Origin: Octopus vulgaris | Taxonomy: Eukaryota | Direction of reading: 5' to 3' | DNA length: 64,000 nucleotides | NCBI GenBank assembly: GCA_951406725.2 | Contig: OX597814.1 | Span: 173,166,001-173,230,000, forward strand | Shown: positions 26,807 to 40,806 of the stretch, piece by piece | How the letters are laid out: every line of letters starts with the position of its first letter | How positions within the stretch are numbered: position 1 is the first letter of the stretch | Program-made: the position numbers and the translations under genes | Notes under the pieces: generated by a model | Databases searched by the model: none | What the model was told of the DNA's origin: nothing | The model's input: the letters and a program-made list of their open reading frames with translations, nothing else

Positions 26807-27440
26807 AGGCGCCTGGCTCAGTAGTTAGAACGTCGGGCTCACAATCATGGGGTAATGAGTTCGATTCACGGACCGGGCTGTGTGTTGTGTTCTTGAGCAA
26901 GACACTTTATTAACCTGCGCACGTAAGTAAAAGCAGGGTTATTGTAGTCGCTCGTATTTGTGTGTAAAATTATTGGAAAACGGCTGAACGAATTTTCACC
27001 AGATTTGGCAGAAATACTCATTGGGTGAATGGCTTGAACTCATTATTTTGGTTTCATTATTTTCAAAACTGACGAACGGATGTATCAAAATCTTTTTTGT
27101 TTGTTTGTTACACATGCATAAACGATAAGCACGCGAAATAACTCTTGATGTCATTTTATTGAAATATGGGAATATATTTAATTAATTTTCGTTCTGTCCT
27201 TGTGTGTTCCGAGGCCCCTTTACCTCATTTCATGTTGCTCCAGTTCACTCACCTGTAGAAATGAGTTGCGACATCACTGGTGCTAAGCTATATCGGCCTT
27301 TGCCTTTCCTTTGGATAAGCTGATAGGCATGGACGATTGCTGATCTTCTATAAACAACCTCGTCCGGATTTGTGCCTGGTAAATTTCTAAGTGTAGTCCC
27401 CTGGTCATTCATGACCGAGGAGGGACCTTTACCATTTACC
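26807..27440 (+). mobile_element. SINE family C, interrupted at ~26911-27228
   Basis: TGGCTCAGTAG A-box and GAGTTCGATTC B-box. GACACTTTAT resumes as TTCATGTTGCTCC, colinear with 6300-6630. Confidence 0.85.
26911..27228 (+). mobile_element. Helentron/HINE (DINE-1-like) non-autonomous element
   Basis: Inserted in a T-run without TSD. It has a 5' TAACCTGC...GCAGGGTTA hairpin, an AAAACGGCTGAACGAATTTTCACCAGATTTGG core and a 3' GAGG...CCTC stem-loop followed by ATTT. Confidence 0.6.
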
Positions 27441-27708
27441 TTTTACTCTCTTAGTGTGTTAAATAAGTCATCTACAGGATGTACACTTCACGAGGCTGAC
27501 CTACAAGAAATAGTGGTTAAATCTCCCTCAGACAATAATCGGCCTTCTACATAAAAAATATATAATCCTTGCAATGTTAGGGTTAGTAAAAGAATGGCTT
27601 AGTCGTGATGAAATGCCTTTGGACATAGGTTTGCTGAATCACTTAAATGACCTAAGGGTAAACAACAAAAAAAAACATCAACAGCAACAACAAGAATTGC
27701 AACAACAA

Positions 27709-28520
27709 CACTTTGGAAAAGAGGGCACACTCAAACAACCATATACATTACCATCGGGGGACCTACTTGAACCATCGTGTAATATCAGAGACTTAAGTCT
27801 AACTGTCAACAGCAATCTTAGTCGATGTTGCCTACAGAATGTGCTCATGGATCCTCAGAATGTTCCAATCTATGGATCACAAAGCCATCATTCTTCTCTT
27901 CTCCACATTCGCTAGGCCCCATCTCGAATACTACTGCCCATTGTGGTCCCCCTACAAAAAAGCAAGACATAATGAGGATCGAAGCACCAGAAAGATCAAT
28001 CACAAAAAAGAAAAATAATAATAAATGGCATGATGGAACTTGATTATTGGGCTAGATTTAAACAGCTGAAGCTCTATTCTCTGCAACGCCGCCGTACGCG
28101 ATACATTATTTGCACCATGTGGAAAATATTCCACCAATATTATCCAAATGATATTGGTATCATGTTTACAATTCACCCAAGACTAGGTCCCCGTGCAATG
28201 CGTCCCCTACAAAGGTCGAGATTACATCACATAAGGACATTTCGACACAACTTCTTCACTGCAAATGGTCCTGCACTTATCAATGTTATCCCAAAAGAAA
28301 TTAAAGTAGAAAAAAAAACCCACAACTTTCAAACGGTACCTGGACAAATTCCTCCAGAAAATACCGGATAAACCATCTACACCTGGATACGTCTCAACCA
28401 GCAACAACTCTCGGCTTGAGTGGTCCATGGTATCCCGAAATAATTAATTAAAAGACTTTTCCAGGTGGTGCTACTTAGTTAGTCATGGCGTGGGCCGATA
28501 ATGGCTGAAACCATTCTAAG
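27709..28520 (+). pseudogene. CR1/L2-group LINE ORF2 C-terminus plus 3'UTR
   Basis: Motifs IRDLSLTVNSNLS, RPHLEYYCPLWSPYKKQDIMRIEAP.RSITK and DYWARFKQLKLYSLQRRR are typical post-RT CR1-type motifs. The region is frameshifted. Confidence 0.85.
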
Positions 28521-28538
28521 TTATCTAAGTTATATATA

Positions 28539-28770
28539 TATTTCTTTACTACCCAGAAGGAGCTAAACACAGAGAGGACAAACAAGGACAGACATAGGTA
28601 TTAAGTCGATTACATCGACCCCAGTGCGTAACTAGTACTTAATTTATCGACTCCAAAAAGATGAAAGGCAAAGTCGACCTCAGCGGAATTTGAACTCGGA
28701 ACGTAACGGCAGACGAAATTCGGCTACGCATTTCGCCCGGAGTGCTAACGTTTCTGCCAGCTCGCCGCCT
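28539..28770 (-). mobile_element. SINE family A with ~18 bp TSD
   Basis: TTATCTAAGTTATATATA at 28521-28538 and 28770-28787. Confidence 0.9.
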
Positions 28771-29167
28771 TATCTAAGTTATATATATTCAAATTCATCT
28801 TTAATTGCAGACAATAATTAACAAATATGAATCTAATGTTTATTGAATTCTATATCAAGGTGTGTTACCATTTTGCATTGATAATTAGTTGCTTTATAGA
28901 ATTTTGCTTCTTTATATGTTTGTTTATTCATTTGCTTACTTGTTTATTTATTTGTTTGTGTTTACTCTTTTCAAAAATTCATTCGGAATACATCTTTATA
29001 ATGTATTGTTTGTTTGTTTGTTTGTTGTTCGTCTGGTTGGCTGACTGGCTGAATGGATATTTTCTATCCTCCTCCTCTTCCTTACCATGATAATTGTTAT
29101 ATCCGTCGTGGTCGTCACAAACGTCTTCTCATCATCGTCCTTATCATCATCATCATCATCATCATCG

Positions 29168-29201
<34 letters not shown>

Positions 29202-29316
29202 TATCAGCAGGGGTAGCAACAGCAGCTGCATTACTGATGTAAATATTCTGAATGTCGTCGCCTTCAGCATCATCATCATCATCATCATCATCATCCTTAT
29301 TACCGCCGTCGACGTT

Positions 29317-29359
<43 letters not shown>

Positions 29360-29568
29360 ACAACAACAACAACAACATCATCATCATCTTGCTATCTTCC
29401 ATGAGGATGCTATCATCACCATCCATCATAATTACGTTTCACTATCGTCGTCATGTTTATCATAGACAATACCATTATCAACCTAAACGTAATCATCGTG
29501 ATCAGCAGCAGTAACACTGTCATCATTATCTTCGTCGTTGTCGTAATCTTGTCATCATCATCATCATC

Positions 29569-29599
<31 letters not shown>

Positions 29600-30056
29600 G
29601 TATCATTATCATTATCATTATCAACATCATTATCATCATCATCATCATCATTATCATCATCACGCTCACCACCACCACTACCACCACCTCCATCATCATC
29701 AGCATCATCATCATCATCATCATCATTGTCATCATCATGATCATCATGATCATCATTATCATCATCATCATCATCATCATCCTCATCATTATCATTATCA
29801 TCATCATCATCATTATCATCATCATCATCATTATCCTCATTATCATCATCATCATCACCCTCATTATAAAAGGAGAGTAAATTATCTATCGCTTCACGAA
29901 GACACTGGAGCTTCCTCGACGGGCCGGCTTTTCAAAAATTCATTCGGAAGACATCTTTATAATGTATTGTTTGTTTGTTATTTGTCTGGTTGTCTCAATG
30001 TCGTCGCCTTCTGCATCAGCTTCAGCGTTATCACCATTATTACCGCCGTCGTTGTT

Positions 30057-30110
<54 letters not shown>

Positions 30111-30805
30111 GTCGTTATCGTCATCATCATCCTCATCATCATTATCATCAACATCATCATCAACATCATCACCATCTTGCTATCTTTGAATATCCTCATG
30201 AAAAACTTCCTCACCAACTCGAACGAACATAAAAACATTATTGGACTGATTTGAAACATTACTTTTCCATTGTTGGATATTTTTTCATTTGATTGCTGTA
30301 CGAATATAATGACATTAATTATTGCTATACTTGTGTTTGTCTTGAAATAAACACAGAGGGAATTTTTAAAAAAACATGTGGATTTAGCGATCAATCATGG
30401 CGACTGGTTGGAAAAATGTAGTTGGACAGGAGAGCTAGGAAGAAGGGGAGATAATAAAGAACTGGTGATTCCAAAACGAAGGTGCACGTGCGTGTGTATG
30501 TGAGAATGTGTAAGGCTGTGCGTGTAGATAGAGGTTAGTGACTTTAACGTGTGGATGTGTGCGTGTGTTAGTGTGTGCGTCTGTAATGTGTAGGTGTATG
30601 GATGATGATGTGTGGGTGTGCGGGTTATGGTGTGTGGGTGTGCAGATGATGGTGTGTGATATGGGTGCTGGGAAGTAGTCAGTGCTATAGCTTTATGAAG
30701 GATTCACTCAATAATGTTGACTGATTTGCGCTAGTAGATCGCCTGATGAAGGAAAATAACGAAATGTTAGTGCTAAGTTCGTTCAGAGTTGCCTCTCTTA
30801 GGCAC

Positions 30806-30852
30806 ATCTCATTGACAAGAGCCAAGATGCTTGAAACATCGATGTCTGGGAT
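30806..30852 (+). ncRNA. minimal hammerhead ribozyme fold with transition-type decay
   Basis: ATCTCA TTGACAA GAGC CAAGAT GCTT GAAA CATCGATG TC TGGGAT gives a 6 bp stem I, stem II, palindromic stem III and a GTC triplet. Confidence 0.65.
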
Positions 30853-31032
30853 TCCTTGTAGATGGTGACACTGAATAAACCGGTTGTTTTCCCGCCTTTT
30901 TACCATAAGCGAGGTATATTCTCCACGATAACTGCAGTGTATTTGCCTTGGACAGTTCAAATATGTCGCAAATATATTTCAACTAATTTAAATTCTTCTT
31001 ATGCCTAAACACTCCTTAACGCTATTATTTCG

Positions 31033-31066
<34 letters not shown>

Positions 31067-31107
31067 GCACACACTCACACAAACACACACATATGCAGAA
31101 AGAGAGA

Positions 31108-31160
<53 letters not shown>

Positions 31161-31169
31161 CAGATAGAC

Positions 31170-31241
<72 letters not shown>

Positions 31242-31586
31242 GGATGGATGGATGGATAGATAGATAGAAACATTGGGATTTTTTTCAAGCTTTGATTCTC
31301 GCGTTGGAAAACGTTCTGTAGTCATTTTTTAAATTCTTTTTAAATAGTAAAATACACAGACACACATGCACACATACACACATACACACATAAGGCCTAA
31401 AATAGTTTTAACGAGATGATTTAATGTAGAAACATAGAAATCAATAAATTTATTTCAAACATTGGATTATTATTGGGATACATCGCAACTATTGGTTTCA
31501 TCGCCATAAAATCAGTAGTTCAAGTAAGTTTTAAACAAGCTTAACTCAACGATGAAATCATTAAGATAGAATAGAATAATTAACTG

Positions 31587-31889
31587 TGGACGCACATGGC
31601 CTAGTGGTTAGAGCAGCAGACTAGCGGTCGAGGGATCGCGGGTTCGAATCTCAGACCGGGCGATGTGTGTGTTAATGAGCGAAACACCTACGCTCCACGC
31701 GGCTCCGGCAGAAGGTAATGACGAACCTCTGCTGACTCTTACGCCACAACTGTCTCTCACTCTTTCCTTCTGCATCTTGCGGCTCACCTGTGACGGACCG
31801 GCAGTCCGTCCAGGAGGGGAACCTATACGCCAAGGAAACCCGGAAACCAGTCCTTATGAGCCAAGTATGACCCGAGAAGGAACAAACAA
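31587..31889 (+). mobile_element. tRNA-derived SINE, family E, 14 bp TSD
   Basis: TGGCCTAGTGG A-box and GGTTCGAATCT B-box, with an (AAAC)n tail. The TSD AGAATAATTAACTG lies at 31573-31586 and 31890-31903. Confidence 0.88.
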
Positions 31890-31971
31890 AGAATAATTAA
31901 CTGCAGAAACATTTTAGGGTGAAACTACAAGCTATATCGTGACATGTGTATGGGGTGAGGTGCGTGCGAAT

Positions 31972-32003
<32 letters not shown>

Positions 32004-32016
32004 GTGGGGTATAAAT

Positions 32017-32664
32017 CTTTTCTACTCTAGGCACAAGGTCCGAAATTTTGGGGGAGTGGGGCCAGTCGACCCCAGTACGCAACAGTAATTTATCGACCCC
32101 GAAAGGATGAAAGGCAAAGTCGATCTCGGCAGAATTCGAGCTCAAATCGTAATGACAGACGAAATACCTATTTCTTTACTACCCACAAGGACAGACAAAC
32201 GGATTAAGTCGATTATATCGACCCCAGTGCGTAACTGGTACTTAATTTATCGACCCCGAAAGGATGAAAGGCAAAGTCAACCTCGGCGGAATTTGAACTC
32301 AGAACGTAATGACAGACGAAATACCTATTTTTTTACTACCCACAAGGACAGACAAACGGATTAAGTCGATTATATCGACCCCAGTGCGTAACTGGTACTT
32401 AATTTATTGACCCCGAAAGGATGAAAGGCAAAGTCGATCTCGGCAGAATTTGAACTCAAATCGTAATGACAGACGAAATACCTATTTCTTTACTACCCAC
32501 AAGGACAGACAAACGGATTAAGTCGATTATATCGACCCCAGTGCGTAACTGGTACTTAATTTATCGACCCCGAAAGGATGAAAGGCAAAGTCGACCTCGG
32601 CGGAATTTGAACTCAGAACGTAACGGCAGACGAAATAACACCGGCGCATTTCGCCCGGCGTGCC
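32017..32664 (-). mobile_element. SINE family A tetramer, 157 bp period
   Basis: Junctions GACGAAATACC|TATTT at 32168, 32325 and 32482. Confidence 0.85.
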
Positions 32665-33252
32665 AGCGGGGTATAAATGTCGGAGCAAAACCGAATAACT
32701 GGTGACACGTTTTCGTCACTCTTGCAGACAGGAAGGCTCAGAAGCAATGGTTTGGCTCATTGGAAACCTGTAAGCAACGATGCAATTTCCCATAAATTGT
32801 GATATATGAAAATAAACCCAAAAAACCTAGGGAGTTAAATAAGGAATTAATATTGATTACCATCTTCCCGACTTTCACTGACACCTTCACTCCATGGCTG
32901 GTACCTTCTTCCATACCATCATCGTCGTCGTCGTTCTCATTGTCGTCGTCATCGTTGTCATACCCCTCCTCTTCCACTCCCCTCCAAATCCTCCTCTTTC
33001 TCCTCATCATCATCTAGATAATCATTCTATCTTTCTCTATAAATTGTTTCTTACTTCAGTTTAACACACACAAACACACACACACACACACACACACGCG
33101 CGCACACACACGTATATAGATATATGTATATATGTGCATCAATGTATATATATATATATTTGTATGTATGTATGCATGTATGTATATATATATGTATGTA
33201 TGTATTTATATATGCATGTATATATATTTATATGTATATATATATTTGCATC

Positions 33253-33312
<60 letters not shown>

Positions 33313-33319
33313 GTATGTA

Positions 33320-33394
<75 letters not shown>

Positions 33395-33481
33395 CTTCCC
33401 TGAACGTCTGCTAATACTTTACATGTACTACGTACACGCGTTGTTTTTTGTGTTGGTCCTTCGTTTTCTTTTTGGATTTAC

Positions 33482-33550
<69 letters not shown>

Positions 33551-33889
33551 TATACATATATATTTTCATGCATGTATATATGCATATATATGTGTATGTG
33601 TGTGTGTATGTATGTATTCACATAACCATTATTATTTTGTGTAAGGCTAGATTTTTCGAAGATAAATCTATTTCTAATTTACAAACTTCCAGTACTTGTA
33701 TGATGGTTCTTCTCTTGATCACTCATTCGCACACATACAAATATATACACACATACACACACACACGCATATATATATATATACGTGCAAACAACACGCA
33801 CATTCAAACACACACACACATGCATTAGGATATACACATGCTTATGCCTGTACGTATGTGCATATTCACATACATACATACATATATAT

Positions 33890-33932
<43 letters not shown>

Positions 33933-34445
33933 GGGAGAGAAACATATATATATAGATATAGATATAGATATAAATATATACATACATACACATAAGGTAC
34001 TCTTTCTATCATTTAGGATTATTTTTGCTACTGTTTCAGTAATATTTGTTGATATTTTCTTTTGTGGTTATGTTGTTGCTGTTTAGTTTTAACATTTTTT
34101 ATGTTTAATTCTTTTGTGAGCCTTATCTGCCTTCGTTATCTGTCACATCTTAATTTTTGTTTTATCTTGTTTGTTTGTTTTGTTTTTTTTTTGTTTTCGT
34201 CTTCGTTTCGTTTTCGTTTGTTTTTGTTTTTTTGTTGTTTTTTTTGCTTTGTTTTTTTTTACCTCTTATTCTTTTTTGCCATTGTCAAGAAGTTGTGACT
34301 AATCTTGATAAATTCAAAGAAACAAAACAAAATCGCATGCAACATAAAAGTAACGGTGTAATGATGATGACGATGATAATGATGATGAGGGGAGGAGGAG
34401 GATAACTATAGTGGTGGTGGTTGTGGCGGCGGCGGCGGTGTTTGG

Positions 34446-34511
<66 letters not shown>

Positions 34512-35307
34512 CGACAATGACAACGATAACAACCACGATGACGATGATGACGATGACAACCACGATGATGACGACGACGACGACAACACCGACGATTATG
34601 CCAAGTAGTAGGAAGTAGAGAAGCGAAGGGTGTAAAAGAAACAGGAGAAGGAAATAGTTATAATGTAAATCCGATGCTGAAGAGGAGAGGAATGTCTTAC
34701 CCCAACTAACTTAACCGCCAAATTTTGCTGAGAGGTCGACGTGATCAGGGCCAGCATTTCACCTTGGTGCGCGGCCTTGCTCTGAACATGCGCTTGTAGG
34801 TCATGGTCTGAATTTTGAAAGAGACCATTTGCCATTGGTAGACAAAAGAGTTTGGGATTTATGCCGGCGTCCCTTGATGGACCCCTTGGTGGTCGTCTCC
34901 ACATTGAAACTTCTTTCACTTCTTTGTATGTTTATATAGTCTCTACATAGAATGAAATAAATGCCACTAAAATAGCAATTGGATTAAATCTGCTGTATCC
35001 CTTTCAACAGAACGCATGGCCCTCGCACCAAACTAACGCATCGTTTATATAAATGTATATTGTGTCGACGCCCCCAGACGATGAAGTAGGCTAGCCTAGT
35101 ACATAGATATAGAGGGAGAAGTCTAGACGTCGAGAGTTGAGTAGGGGTCATCCGAGGTTGCGATATAACCGTGGCGACGAGGATTTCGTAGCACACACAG
35201 CCACTGTGTAGTATTGCGATATAACAATGGACAAAAGCAGAATTTATGTATTTGCATATAACACAATATGATACATTATGATATAATATAAAATAATATA
35301 ATATAAT

Positions 35308-35430
35308 AAGGGTAAAGGGGTAAAGAACTAGATCCCTTTGTTCTAGAATGATCATGGGATTGCACCTATAATGTTCCCCTCCTAGACACAAGTCCGGGAA
35401 TCGAACTCACAACCTTACGACGGTAAGCCA
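35308..35430 (-). mobile_element. SINE family C, internally deleted
   Basis: The tail (GATCATGGGATTGCACC...CACAAGTCCGG) is fused directly to the head (GGGAATCGAACTCAC). Confidence 0.7.
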
Positions 35431-35509
35431 TATATATATATATATATATATATATCATCTTGTTGAATAAGCCCTTAGAGACGAATCTCGAAGTCCCAGT
35501 TGAATAAAC

Positions 35510-35955
35510 ATCCATACATCTATCTTCTCTGTTCACTCTTCCTGGAAGGATCCTCTGACATTTCCTTCAAATGATTATATCGGAAGCAACCGTCATTTGA
35601 CTTTCCGGATGGATTTTCAAGCGTGACCAGCTGAGACTATAGATATTATTTAAACTTTTCATTCTCAATCTACCTCTAAGTTTCTAGCTTCTTGGTTTGA
35701 GTTGAAGAATTTCGTGCGATACTTTTCTGTGACATCGAATCACATGTCTGAAGTAGCGGAGCAGTGACGTCTGGATGCAGAGAGCAGCTTCCTGATCTTC
35801 GTGTTACGCATTCTGTCGAGTACCTTATATACGCGATCGTACTATCGTACTCTTTCAGTCAACACCCTACATCCATGACCATTGGGGTGGATAGGCTTGA
35901 AGACCTATTCGAAGATAGAGAGTTTGGCATTTTTTATCAACTTCTTTTCTAGCAA
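35510..35955 (-). pseudogene. RTE-clade LINE 3' fragment (decayed)
   Basis: The minus strand gives NAKLSIFE.VFKPI..GH...LTERVR, LLRYFRHV.R, LRGRLRMK and SLSWSRLKIHPE, resembling RTE C-termini. Confidence 0.7.
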
Positions 35956-37244
35956 CAAATACTACCAATAGATTTTAATCTACAAAATGCAGTATTGTCG
36001 TACATTCCGTGAAATTTTGTTGCTTTCTATAAATTGTTCCTGAATTGCAATTAAAACTTGTGTGTGCACGTGTGCGTGTCAGTGCGTGTGTTTGTGTGTA
36101 TGTGTGAGTGTGTGTATACAGAGAGATTGATGGATATATAGATAGATAGATATATAATGTTCACACATAATCTCTAATCATTATCTATATTTCTGCCCAT
36201 CTAACTCTCTCTCACGCACTTTCTCTCTCTCACTCTCTCTCTCTCTATATGTATGTATGTATTATGTATGTATGCATAAACACGCACACGCACGCATAGT
36301 CACACATATCTCGAAAATACAGTGAGAGAGAAAAGGACCTCTCAGGTCTGCTCTCAGGTGATTTTAAACAAATAATCATTTAAATAATTATATATACGTA
36401 AAGAATACGAATTGACCTGCTCGCTAAGTGTTTAATGAGACATGAAATATCTGGATTCTAGAAAATCTTACAATTGAATGATACTATATAAGTGTGTGTG
36501 TGAGTATGTTTGTATGTATACATAGATGTATGTATGTATGTATGTATGTATGTATGTATGTATGTATGTATGTATGTATGTAGCTATAATTTTATGTATA
36601 TATATCCGAACTACAATCAGTCTTGCAATATTAATTTTGTTTCATATATGCTTCTCCCAATTTCGAGCAACATATTTTTATCATTTAAATTTGTCGCTGT
36701 TGTTACTTAACCCCGTTTGTTGATCAAAATCTTTTGAACGCATTCCAGACATCATTATTTCATGCTTCTCTTGGGCGTTAATTATCTAGAGATTTACAGT
36801 AATTCAATGTGTCCTTCCTCTTTCATGAAAGTTGGATGTGATTTCTTATACATTTCCTTTCTTGCAGGTTGCTTAATCACAATGAATCCGCGAAGCTTTA
36901 ATCTTACCTGAAATTACAGGCGTCTTTAAGTCTTCGTTTACTGTTCACCTGTCGTTAAATATTACATTGGCGCTTCCAGCATTAATGCAATACATGCCTA
37001 ATATACAGAAATTAATGCAAATAACAAATCAGATTTTAATATAAATCTCTTACTTTTATAAAGGACAGTCGACGACACGTGACATACATGCTACATGTGC
37101 CTTATATGGATTCTACCGGGACAAAATACGAGACAACGATAAATTCGCAAGAGAAGCAAAATAACACCTTAAAACACGTGTATTTTGGTCAATAAACTGA
37201 AAACTTATGTTCATATTTACTTGAAACCTGGCCAATGAGGAAAC

Positions 37245-37680
37245 CCCTATGCGGTGTCGATCGACTTGCTAGACATAGCAGCTAAATATCCTTCAAATCA
37301 CACCCTTCAATAAAAGACATTGGATAATGTGATCCGAGATATACTACGTATGAAAATAGGATGGCCGGTCAGTGTTTTGTTATCTTTGATTACAGGTGTT
37401 TGATCAAGACTGATCTGGAGCAACACCAACGATCAGGGCACTGGATCAGCAATACCAACGAATAACAGCAACACCAATAATCCGGGTCCACAAAGAGATC
37501 GCGTAACCTACTAGAGATAACAGCCAATTTTACCGTACATCACACCCTGGCGTCTTAAATAAAAAAAAAATGTGGTTACATTAAACAATATAAAACTTTC
37601 CATGCAAAGGCAGGATAGTCCCGGCTAGAACGCTTTTCTTTTTCTTTTCGTAGGCAAAGTTAAATAACAACAATAAAGAT
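37245..37680 (+). repeat. two copies of an old dispersed repeat (core CGACTTGCTAGA.ATAGCAGC.AAAT...AAATCACACCCT)
   Basis: Related degenerate copies lie near 420, 27500, 55660 (-) and 62535. Confidence 0.55.
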
Positions 37681-38117
37681 AACTTGAAATATAGGGACCG
37701 AATCACAGAATTTACAAAGATTGAAATTTTTCCACATACATGCATATAGAAAATTGCCTTTTAAAAGCCGTTGACAAAATGAAAACCGCCGAACTTCATG
37801 ATTTTAATCCTCTTTGATCTAGAAAGCCCAGCTTGATAGAAACTATTATTGTAAATGTTCGAATTATGCTGCAATTTTGAAACCATGTTGTTTGCTCATA
37901 GTATATAGATGTCTCCATTTATTTGTATCTTAATAAAATATCAATTAGGAATAACGCCTGGCTTACATGTGGCGTGTGTGAGTGTGTATATGTTTGTTTA
38001 TGTGCGTGTATGTGCATGCATGCAAGTGTACGTGTGCACGTTTGATAATAAATAAAGTGCAGTAAACAAAGAGACAAGGAGACACAGACATGACAACGAG
38101 ACAACAGACAGACAGCC

Positions 38118-38256
<139 letters not shown>

Positions 38257-38357
38257 CAGAAATAACGGGCGCTTATATTTGTTGTCTATTCAGGGCCTGA
38301 ATATGCTTTTAGGCTTCCGCAAGTATATATTTGCATGTATGTATGTATGTATGTATG

Positions 38358-38421
<64 letters not shown>

Positions 38422-38592
38422 CACAAACAAACACATACATACATACATGCATGCATACACAAAGGATTCCACTAACAGATATACATTCATATACATATAG
38501 GTTTTGACAACCATTTGATAAGAAAATCCTTGCCAAACTCTGAATGTGTGTGCTATGTGCTTGTGGTGCTTGGCGTGTGCATGCATACATGC

Positions 38593-38673
<81 letters not shown>

Positions 38674-39924
38674 GTCAAAGATATACATATCAGAAATGTC
38701 ATTTATCTTAGAGTGTATTAACGATTAGTCCCCGGAGTCCTTAAAGTGGCTTAAATGTTTCGGTGATTTTTCCGTCATTGCTGCAACAAATGTTGGGATT
38801 TAAGAAGGAAGATTAAAGGATGTAAACAAAAAAGAAAGAAACAAAGAAAGAAATAATGAAAGAAAGGAAACAAAGAAAGAAAAAAATAATAAGCGAATCA
38901 ACTAAACGAAAGAAAAAAAAACAAACAAGAGCGAATCACCTTTCTTTGAAACTCCGGTTTGGTGGGTTCCAACAACGGCCATTTTCTGTTGTTACTAGAA
39001 TAGAAACAAAACTTAACAAACATAGATGACTATCGTAAAACTAAAAGAAAGAAAAAAGATGACTTCTTGCCTTTGTGTATTTACGTATAGCCTGAAGTCG
39101 TACCTTAAACTAAGTCTTTTGTGTATGGTGCATGGTGTGCGTTTGTTGTGTCAGTGTGTGGGGAACAAAGCAGAGATTATTGGTTGGTCGCCTGAGAAAT
39201 GAAGATCGATGCATCTTGACAAGACATCCTGCTTCTAGTTGTGTATCTATCTATCTACCTATTTATCTACCTATCTGTCTTTCTATATATCAACGTATCT
39301 TTTTATACCCATCTGTCTATCTATCCACAGAACATTCGTCATTAAGAGACCCGCTTTTTGCAAAGCTGGTCGGTCACCTGAGCAAACGAACAACCTACTT
39401 TGTCAAATGATGGGTTTCCGTGAAACCTCTTGTGGATTGGTTGCTACAAGATCGACATTTAATCTAATATTACTATTGTTCTTATTGTTATCATTGTTAT
39501 CATTGTTATTATCTTATTGGAACTATGAGGAAGCGACATTATCTTATCTTCTTATCGCGATCAGCTCAAATAGAGCGATCTATAAGTATCGGTCTCTGCT
39601 TACGATTAGACGAAAAACACTTATAATCTATTGTTCCAGGTGATTAACTTATCTATACTACCAGTGAACCGGCTTAAATATCTTCACAAAGTTCCTGTCT
39701 CTTAACTTTTACACATAACTCTGACAGACATTAAATAGAAACAATTAGGAATTTCGATTCATTTTCTTATATGTATATATATATATATATACATATATTT
39801 ACAGACAGACAGACAGGTAGACAAACAAACATATACATATATATATTCATATTCATACAAACGCACATACACACATACACACTCATACACACGCACATGT
39901 ACATACATATACAGATTAAGAATT

Positions 39925-39957
<33 letters not shown>

Positions 39958-40412
39958 ATATATATACACATTAACCTGTATATAGATACATGTGTGTATG
40001 TATTTGTGTGGATGCATACATATGCACAAAGATATAGAATTTGCAGTATGTGTATGTGTGTGGAGAGAAAGAGAGAAGGAGAGGGAGGAGGAGGAGGAGG
40101 AGGGGAAGGAGGAGAAGAAGAAGAAGAAGAAGAAGAAGAAGAAGAAGAAATAGAAGAAGAAGAAGAAGAAGAAGAAGAAGAAGAAGAAGAAGAAGAACAA
40201 CAACAACAACAACAACAACAACAATAACAACAACAAATATGGATGGCTGAAAATAGGAGGGGACAACAAGAATAGCCGAGTGAATGTAGATATAAAGTCC
40301 ATAACTGATGATTTCAAATCCTCTGCAGATCTTTCGTATATTATACCTGGTCAATCCACTTCATTTTAGAAAGTTTATGTACTTCGTTAAGCAAATTTTC
40401 TATTAGTGTTAC

Positions 40413-40487
40413 ATTCATCATCAGATTGTCAAATGACTTTGAAGTCACTGTCAACCAATTCATTGCAAATACACACATACGAACGCG

Positions 40488-40527
<40 letters not shown>

Positions 40528-40674
40528 AGAGTAGTAAATTTCACAGAAAGACGACAAAGGAACATGGAAAAAATCACACACGAAACATAGGCATGCTCAT
40601 CCCTGATCAGTTATCGGCAAAGAAAAAATACATCACAATTTCGTGTCATTATCGGTAACATAATGTACGTGTGT

Positions 40675-40713
<39 letters not shown>

Positions 40714-40773
40714 TGTGTATGTGTGTGTGTATGTGTGTGTGTGTGTATGTGTGTGTGGGCGCGTCTGTATGTG

Positions 40774-40806
<33 letters not shown>

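Noticed and set aside
31587-31665. tRNA gene candidates (also 26807, 21545, 14369)
   Set aside because: These are SINE heads: no closed acceptor stem, they continue into repeat bodies, and some have TSDs.
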